39,352 nt of DNA, from positions 1 to 39,352 of IMG/VR virus record IMGVR_UViG_3300049049_000055; one strand, given 5' to 3'. The stretch comes from a virus (taxonomy: Duplodnaviria > Caudoviricetes). This document shows, one piece after another, positions 34,551-39,352 of this stretch. The stretch's first letter is position 1, and each line of letters starts with the position of its first letter. The position numbers and the translations under genes are program-made. The notes under the pieces are model-generated. The model was not told the origin of the DNA. It was given only the letters and a program-made list of their open reading frames with translations, and did no database searches.

Positions 34551-35199
34551 AGCTGTAGATGCTTTGACCCGTCGTTGGACAGACGTGGTGACGGTCACCG
34601 ACAACGGCGACTCGAGATACGTCCCCGTGGAGCACGCGCCCTTGTTGGACATGCTGCACGACATGATCCGGTCGAACATCGGTGAACGGTCGTCGGGTGG
34701 TGGTGCGGCGAATGAGCGGAACCTGCTCGACTTGGGCGCGTTCACCCTGTACGAGACGATTGATGGTCAGTCGCGTGCGTGGTGGCGGGAACTGTCGAAG
34801 TCGCGTCCGTCTGAAGATCTGAAGGATCTCGTGCGCGAGCTCGCCGGCCTCCTCCAAGCGTTGCGCGCGTCAGGGCAGGTGGATGATGTGACGTTCGTCC
34901 GCATCAGTCAGCAGTTCCCGCAGTGGCGTGAGCAGATTTGGAACCTGTTCGACCCGCCCACGGTGAAGGAACTGATCGGCGCGTGCCCGCACTGTGAGGA
35001 ACGGTTCGTGTATGCGCCGGATGGTGGGAAGTCGTCGGCGTTGATCGTGTACTACGTGCGGTCGGAGCAGCCGGAGGCGAAGTGTCAGCGGTGTGGTGAG
35101 GTGTGGGTTGGGGCTAAGCAACTTCTGACCCTGGGCTTTCACCTTGGCGCTACGGTTGATGGTGAAGCTCTCAAGCAGATGGGAATCGAAGCAGCATGA
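34537..35199 (+). CDS. Zn-ribbon protein, possible late-transcription regulator
   Basis: CPHC...CQRCG..W; sits near the end of the early operon just before a promoter/terminator region (function inferred). Confidence 0.55.
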   Translation: MSMSEAVDALTRRWTDVVTVTDNGDSRYVPVEHAPLLDMLHDMIRSNIGERSSGGGAANERNLLDLGAFTLYETIDGQSRAWWRELSKSRPSEDLKDLVRELAGLLQALRASGQVDDVTFVRISQQFPQWREQIWNLFDPPTVKELIGACPHCEERFVYAPDGGKSSALIVYYVRSEQPEAKCQRCGEVWVGAKQLLTLGFHLGATVDGEALKQMGIEAA

Positions 35200-35480
35200 A
35201 CAACGAGACGCATGCGATCGCCCTAAAGAAAGTTCCGACTGGCTGGTTTGACGGTAATCGGTACGACGTGTTTCTCGACGGCTACCGAATCGGCTATGTG
35301 CAGTCGGGCAGGGCCCGCAACGACCCGACCGGCCGGAATCGGGGCCCGTCTACCGGCTCGAGCCATCACACGTTTTGGGGCGTTTACGCCGAAGACGGCA
35401 CCTACCTTGACCGCGACTATCAGCGGAAGTGGGCAGTAGAGAAATTGGTCGAGCATTACGGCAAACGCGACACGCCGTAG
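35196..35480 (+). CDS. hypothetical protein
   Basis: ATGA overlap; 94 aa. Confidence 0.55.
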   Translation: MNNETHAIALKKVPTGWFDGNRYDVFLDGYRIGYVQSGRARNDPTGRNRGPSTGSSHHTFWGVYAEDGTYLDRDYQRKWAVEKLVEHYGKRDTP

Positions 35481-35530
35481 TTGTGTTTTCTCGGGACTCT
35501 ATGATATTGCCCCGAAAACGTGTACTATTG
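35467..35530 (+). promoter_or_regulatory. candidate promoter region
   Basis: CGACACGCCG followed by AT-rich DNA with TATGAT and TACTAT -10-like boxes. Confidence 0.45.
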
Positions 35531-35574
35531 GGTTGCTTCCTACAACTGTCTCAAAAACCGGAAGCCCCCAAACC

Positions 35575-35610
35575 AGCCACCACCCCACGAGGGTAGGTGG
35601 CTTTCTTCTT
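35575..35610 (+). terminator. intrinsic terminator / attenuator
   Basis: AGCCACC-ACCC-CACGA-GGGT-A-GGTGGCT then TTCTTCTT. Confidence 0.6.
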
Positions 35611-35719
35611 GCCGTCGCCGGCCCCCGCTGACCACACACGCGCACATACTTAGCGAATTGCAGCGCGAGGGCCGCGACAGGCAACCCCCCAAAGTTTCAG
35701 CACACGAAATGAGGGCGCA

Positions 35720-35959
35720 ATGCCGCTCCGTGAAACCGCAAACACAATCCAAAAGCAGCGAGGCGGCAACCGGTGCGGCGTCTCGCGCATGCTCAACACC
35801 CTCGAAGGCGACGACCTCGCCTGGTTTAGGGAAAGCATCGACTCGGGTGAAGACGCAACATGGATCTCGAGAACCCTCGCCACTGAGGGCATCAGACTGT
35901 CAGAGGGCATCATCGGCCATCATCGCCGCCGACAGTGCGCCTGTTGGGACGAGAAATGA
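35720..35959 (+). CDS. small HTH/Zn protein
   Basis: C.V...ISRTL..EGI.LS...IGHHRRRQCAC. Confidence 0.6.
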   Translation: MPLRETANTIQKQRGGNRCGVSRMLNTLEGDDLAWFRESIDSGEDATWISRTLATEGIRLSEGIIGHHRRRQCACWDEK

Positions 35960-36744
35960 GTTTGCGAGCTGCGGGTACGCGGCTTGCGCGTGAGGCTAAG
36001 AACGTTCGCATCCTGACCCTCGACATCGAGTCGAAACCCATGCAGGTGTACTCGTGGGGCCTATGGGACCAGAACATCGGCATCGGTCAGATCATCGACC
36101 ACGGCGGGATGATGTGTTTCGCCGCTAAGTGGATGGGTGACAAGGAAGTTCTGTTCTACTCGGAGCAGAAGGACGGCTACGAGCAGATGGTGCGGAAGGC
36201 GCACGAACTTCTGTCAGAAGCCGACATCGTTGTGACCTATAACGGCGACCGATACGACATCAAGAAGCTCAACAACGCTTTCATGCTGTTGGGTATGGCC
36301 CCGCCTCGCCCGTTCAAGAGCATCGACCTCATCAAGACCAACAAGGGCCGCTTCGACCTGCCCTCGCGGAAGCTCGACTACCTCGTGCAGCAGTCCGGTG
36401 TGGGTGCGAAGGTCAAGCATCAGGGCTTCGACCTGTGGGTTGATTGCATGGCCGGTGACGCTAAGGCGTGGGCTGTCATGGAGAAGTACAACCGCGGCGA
36501 TGTCGTAATTACGGAGAAGGCGTATCTGCGTCTGCTGCCGTGGCTTACGAACGCCCCGCACTTGGGCATGTTCACCGGGGATGGGTTGTCGTGCCCGTAC
36601 TGCGGCTCTACGAAGCTCGAGCGGTCGGACATGGCGCATACGAACGTGCAGCGGTACCAGTTGTACGGGTGCAAGAACTGTGGCGGTTGGGTGCGGGGAA
36701 CGACCAAGTATCTCGATCCGACCCGTTCGAGGGCCATCCGCTGA
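35956..36744 (+). CDS. DEDD/RNase H-like 3'-5' exonuclease with C-terminal Zn ribbon
   Basis: LDIES, YNGDRYD, KLDYL, YNRGDV; CPYCGS...CKNCG. Confidence 0.8.
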   Translation: MSLRAAGTRLAREAKNVRILTLDIESKPMQVYSWGLWDQNIGIGQIIDHGGMMCFAAKWMGDKEVLFYSEQKDGYEQMVRKAHELLSEADIVVTYNGDRYDIKKLNNAFMLLGMAPPRPFKSIDLIKTNKGRFDLPSRKLDYLVQQSGVGAKVKHQGFDLWVDCMAGDAKAWAVMEKYNRGDVVITEKAYLRLLPWLTNAPHLGMFTGDGLSCPYCGSTKLERSDMAHTNVQRYQLYGCKNCGGWVRGTTKYLDPTRSRAIR

Positions 36745-36911
36745 TGGTGGACGTGCAGCGTCGCGAGGACCGGTTCCTTGACGAGCTCGCCCGGTTGTAT
36801 GCGCGTCGGACGATGACGCTTGTGCAGCTTGACTTGTTCGAGTACGGCCACCCGCATTTGAAGCCGTTGTTTGATGATCTGCGTGCGTGCCTGAAAGGGG
36901 CCGACGAATGA
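36744..36911 (+). CDS. hypothetical protein
   Basis: TGATG/ATGA coupling. Confidence 0.5.
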   Translation: MVDVQRREDRFLDELARLYARRTMTLVQLDLFEYGHPHLKPLFDDLRACLKGADE

Positions 36912-37135
36912 GCGAGTCAACGTCTGACGCGTTGGACTATCTGCGTAGTGAGCGTGTGCCTGCTGTCGTGCTCGAGCCGCACGTGGATGCGGATACGCAA
37001 ACGGTGATGGCGGCTGCGGATCATGTTGAGGAGCTGCTGCCTCACCCGGTGGAACGTAAGGGCTTCTCGATGCGGGAGCACCTTGACCCCATCACGTACG
37101 AGCAGATGAAGGCACTCATGCGGGCGGTCGTCTGA
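36908..37135 (+). CDS. hypothetical protein
   Basis: ATGA coupling; MSESTSDALDY... Confidence 0.5.
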   Translation: MSESTSDALDYLRSERVPAVVLEPHVDADTQTVMAAADHVEELLPHPVERKGFSMREHLDPITYEQMKALMRAVV

Positions 37136-37288
37136 TGGGTGACAAGCCGCAGACGGTGTTCGTGCCGGCGCATCATGGCGTGTTCGTGTTCCCGACGTGT
37201 TGCGGGCCGGACGGATGCGTGTGCTCGACGGTACAAGTCGGCAACAACTAGACGCCCAGGTAGTCGTTCGGGTTGACGATCTGGGTTT

Positions 37289-37362
37289 GGTTCTGTAGCT
37301 CAGTTGGTTAGAGCGCCGCCCTGTCACGGCGGAGGTCGCCGGTTCAAGTCCGGTCAGAATCG
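37289..37362 (+). tRNA. tRNA-Asp(GUC)
   Basis: GGTTCTG-TAGCTCAGTTGGTTAGAGC-G-CCGCC-CTGTCAC-GGCGG-AGGTC-GCCGG-TTCAAGT-CCGGT-CAGAATC-G. Confidence 0.93.
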
Positions 37363-37437
37363 CGCAGGGTCACCACCTTGGGGATGCTTTCACCATCCTC
37401 AGCAGGAAGCCCATACTGTGCATGCAAACGGGCACAT

Positions 37438-37509
<72 letters not shown>

Positions 37510-37569
37510 CGACGCTGGGCCTCACAAGACTGCCGGGGTTCCGGGAGGCCGTGAGGTCTGGCGGCCACC

Positions 37570-37646
37570 CGGCTACTCGCTCAACTGGCAGAAGCAACGC
37601 GCTCAAACCGCGTCCAGTCTCGGTTCGAATCCGAGGTAGCCGACCA
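37570..37646 (+). tRNA. tRNA-Leu(CAA) with short variable loop
   Basis: CGGCTAC/GTAGCCG acceptor plus ACCA; ACGCG-CTCAAAC-CGCGT anticodon arm; CCAGT variable loop; CTCGG-TTCGAAT-CCGAG. Confidence 0.8.
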
Positions 37647-37650
37647 CACA

Positions 37651-37800
37651 ATGAACGTCACTTCGGGGCTTTCGGGCTTCCAGTGCAGCGGGACACCCCA
37701 CCGCGACGGTACGGGGCAAGGCGGCGGGTAAGCCCTGAGGTGGAGGCGCTGCGGGTAAGCCGCAGTACAGAGCCGGTTCGAGTCCGGCACTCGTCGTCAT
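37651..37800 (+). ncRNA. putative structured ncRNA with tRNA-like T-arm
   Basis: GCCGG-TTCGAGT-CCGGC (37772-37788), two GCGGGTAAGCC motifs, no D or anticodon arm. Confidence 0.45.
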
Positions 37801-37942
37801 GCGGTGTGGGCCTTTGGCCTATAGCCGCGCACAACTGAATAGCGCGGGATCTTCCCGGCAAGCGCGGTCGGTGGAGGGTTGAGCCCAAGGGTTCCCCTCT
37901 GCCGCCCGCCCTATACGCACGCCCGCAAACAGAGGAGACACC

Positions 37943-38053
37943 ATGACGATCTACGCCGGCAAGACCGACACCAGCCGCGTCCGTCTGCGTGCCGACCGTT
38001 GGTTCTCCGAGATCCAGGTTGGCCGCTTCTACATCGGTGCCGCCCGAGGCTGA
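37943..38053 (+). CDS. small hypothetical protein (36 aa)
   Basis: Strong GAGGAG RBS. Confidence 0.45.
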   Translation: MTIYAGKTDTSRVRLRADRWFSEIQVGRFYIGAARG

Positions 38054-38055
38054 AA

Positions 38056-38313
38056 GTGGATGATGACGAAGCGCAGGCCGCGAAGGATCTGCTCAACGCG
38101 CAAATCAAGACCTACTACGAAACCGTGTCACCCGGCGACTACGTGAGCGATTGGGTACTCATCACCCATAGGCAGTCGATCGCCCTCGCACGGGAAGACA
38201 ACAGCGCAGTCGGCGTCTTGACCCCCACCGGTCAAAGCTTCGTCACCACGCGCGGACTGCTCGCCATAGGGCAGGAAGTCGAAACGCTGTCCTTCGAGGA
38301 AGAAGACGACTGA
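38056..38313 (+). CDS. hypothetical protein
   Basis: GTG start after previous stop; DWVLI, GQSF.TTRGLL. Confidence 0.55.
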   Translation: MDDDEAQAAKDLLNAQIKTYYETVSPGDYVSDWVLITHRQSIALAREDNSAVGVLTPTGQSFVTTRGLLAIGQEVETLSFEEEDD

Positions 38314-38452
38314 TGGACAAAGGGGAGCCGGTCACGCTTGAACAGCACGTCGCAGAGCTCTGGGACGCATACAAGCAAGCGCCGCATGAGAAGCAGAAGC
38401 GGATCGCAGCAATGTATGACAGCGCGCTAAGCCGTTTGCAGGAGACCCGCTA

Positions 38453-38644
38453 GTGGACAAGCACACCGCTGAACAGCAGCTCCTCAACCTTGACCGGGTG
38501 AAATACATGGCCGACATACAGAAGCGCATCCACGAGTCCGGTGTCGCACAAGCCGAACAACGATCAAACACTGCCGAACTCACCCGCCAAGAAATCCTCG
38601 CCGCACTCGCCGGCATGGACAACACCTGCGACTGCCCCGCATGA
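38453..38644 (+). CDS. hypothetical protein
   Basis: AGGAG RBS; coupled to a short Zn-finger ORF starting at 38641. Confidence 0.45.
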   Translation: MDKHTAEQQLLNLDRVKYMADIQKRIHESGVAQAEQRSNTAELTRQEILAALAGMDNTCDCPA

Positions 38645-38749
38645 CGGTTGATACCGCACAGATCAACCCCTGGCGGTGTAGATGGTGCGGGGAACACTTC
38701 GTCGTGCCCAGCCTTACTGAGCGGCACGAGCCGCGATGCGAACTGCGAC

Positions 38750-39067
38750 CTAATCAGCCTTGACGAACGTCGAGCAACCCGCCGCCTCAATCGTCTCACC
38801 CACGTCAAGAACAACATCACCGCTACCCGACTGACCAGGGTCACCATCCACGCCAGTCACCCACTCACAATTGGGCTGCTGCTCGAGTTGCAGATAAGTA
38901 CCCGGCTGAACATCGACCCCAGCGACGAAAGTCCCATTGCCGAACTCGGCAGGCAACATCGAATAGTTGCGCACGCCAGAAGGTTCTGACTCGGCAGGCG
39001 ACCCATCACCGCCAAGCTGAATACACCCAGCAAGCGGAACAACAAGCAGCAGCGGAAGAAACCTCAT
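38750..39067 (-). CDS. lipoprotein moron
   Basis: MRFLPLLLVVPLAG-C lipobox; GNGTFVAGVDVQPGTY...C.W...GC domain; TATGGT -10 box 6 nt before ATG (leaderless). Confidence 0.75.
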   Translation of the reverse strand: MRFLPLLLVVPLAGCIQLGGDGSPAESEPSGVRNYSMLPAEFGNGTFVAGVDVQPGTYLQLEQQPNCEWVTGVDGDPGQSGSGDVVLDVGETIEAAGCSTFVKAD

Positions 39068-39096
39068 CCGCACACCATACGCCGGAGGACGCCGCA

Positions 39097-39352
39097 ATGG
39101 TATGGGCCAACAGAACCAAGCACGTCCCAGACAAAGTACGTCGAGAATGCTTAGACCGCGACGGCCACCAATGCACCGCCACAACCCGAGACGGCGGCAG
39201 GTGCAGGGAAACCACCCAGCTCGAAGCCGCACACTACGGACGCTGGCACGCCGGCGAACAAACAACCGTAGACATGGTGCGAACCCTCTGCCACTGGCAC
39301 CACAACAGAGAAACACAGCAAGAAGCTCGAGCAGGCAGATCCCCCCTCAAAG
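39097..39352 (+). CDS. terminal HNH endonuclease (packaging-associated), truncated by window end
   Basis: Manual translation: ...VRRECLDRDGHQCTA...GRC...LEAAH...RTLCHWHHNRETQQEA; no stop before 39352. Confidence 0.75.
   Translation, partial: MVWANRTKHVPDKVRRECLDRDGHQCTATTRDGGRCRETTQLEAAHYGRWHAGEQTTVDMVRTLCHWHHNRETQQEARAGRSPLK

Noticed and set aside
37596-37615. Reading the third clustered tRNA as an opal (UCA) suppressor or Sec tRNA
   Set aside because: The perfect 5-bp stem gives loop CTCAAAC with U33 followed by CAA; UCA needs an off-register loop.
39097-39352. Window ends joining directly as a closed circle
   Set aside because: No terminal repeat seen, and continuing the HNH into position 1 gives an implausible extension; a short segment including the packaging site is probably missing.

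Overview
A near-complete (~39 kb) temperate siphovirus of a high-GC actinobacterial host; the WhiB gene and leaderless SigA-type promoters point to Actinobacteria, and a Microbacteriaceae-like host is my inference. Left arm (+): primase-polymerase-like gene, terS, HNH, terL, portal, minor head, scaffold, major capsid, head-tail connectors, major tail, frameshifted chaperones, tape measure, minor tails, a beta-helix tailspike, M23 endolysin and holin. Centre (-): repressor, tyrosine integrase and a complete tRNA-Lys(UUU), divergent from a cro-like gene. Right arm (+): many small genes, two orphan methyltransferases, RusA, RecE-like exonuclease, WhiB, a replication initiator with iterons, SSB, a DEDD exonuclease, three tRNAs, two leftward morons and a terminal HNH cut by the window end. 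Main observations: (1) terL is broken inside its Walker A motif by GGT-TAG-GT, a matched take-off/stop/landing layout suited to a +5 ribosomal hop, and appears to start at AUC. (2) Five to six small genes each end in a mosaic junction motif. (3) The repressor/integrase pair looks like integration-dependent immunity with a decayed tRNA-type attP and a full tRNA-Lys next to int. (4) Two long structured non-coding RNAs end in tRNA T-arms. All calls come from motif recognition and synteny by eye; no searches were run.
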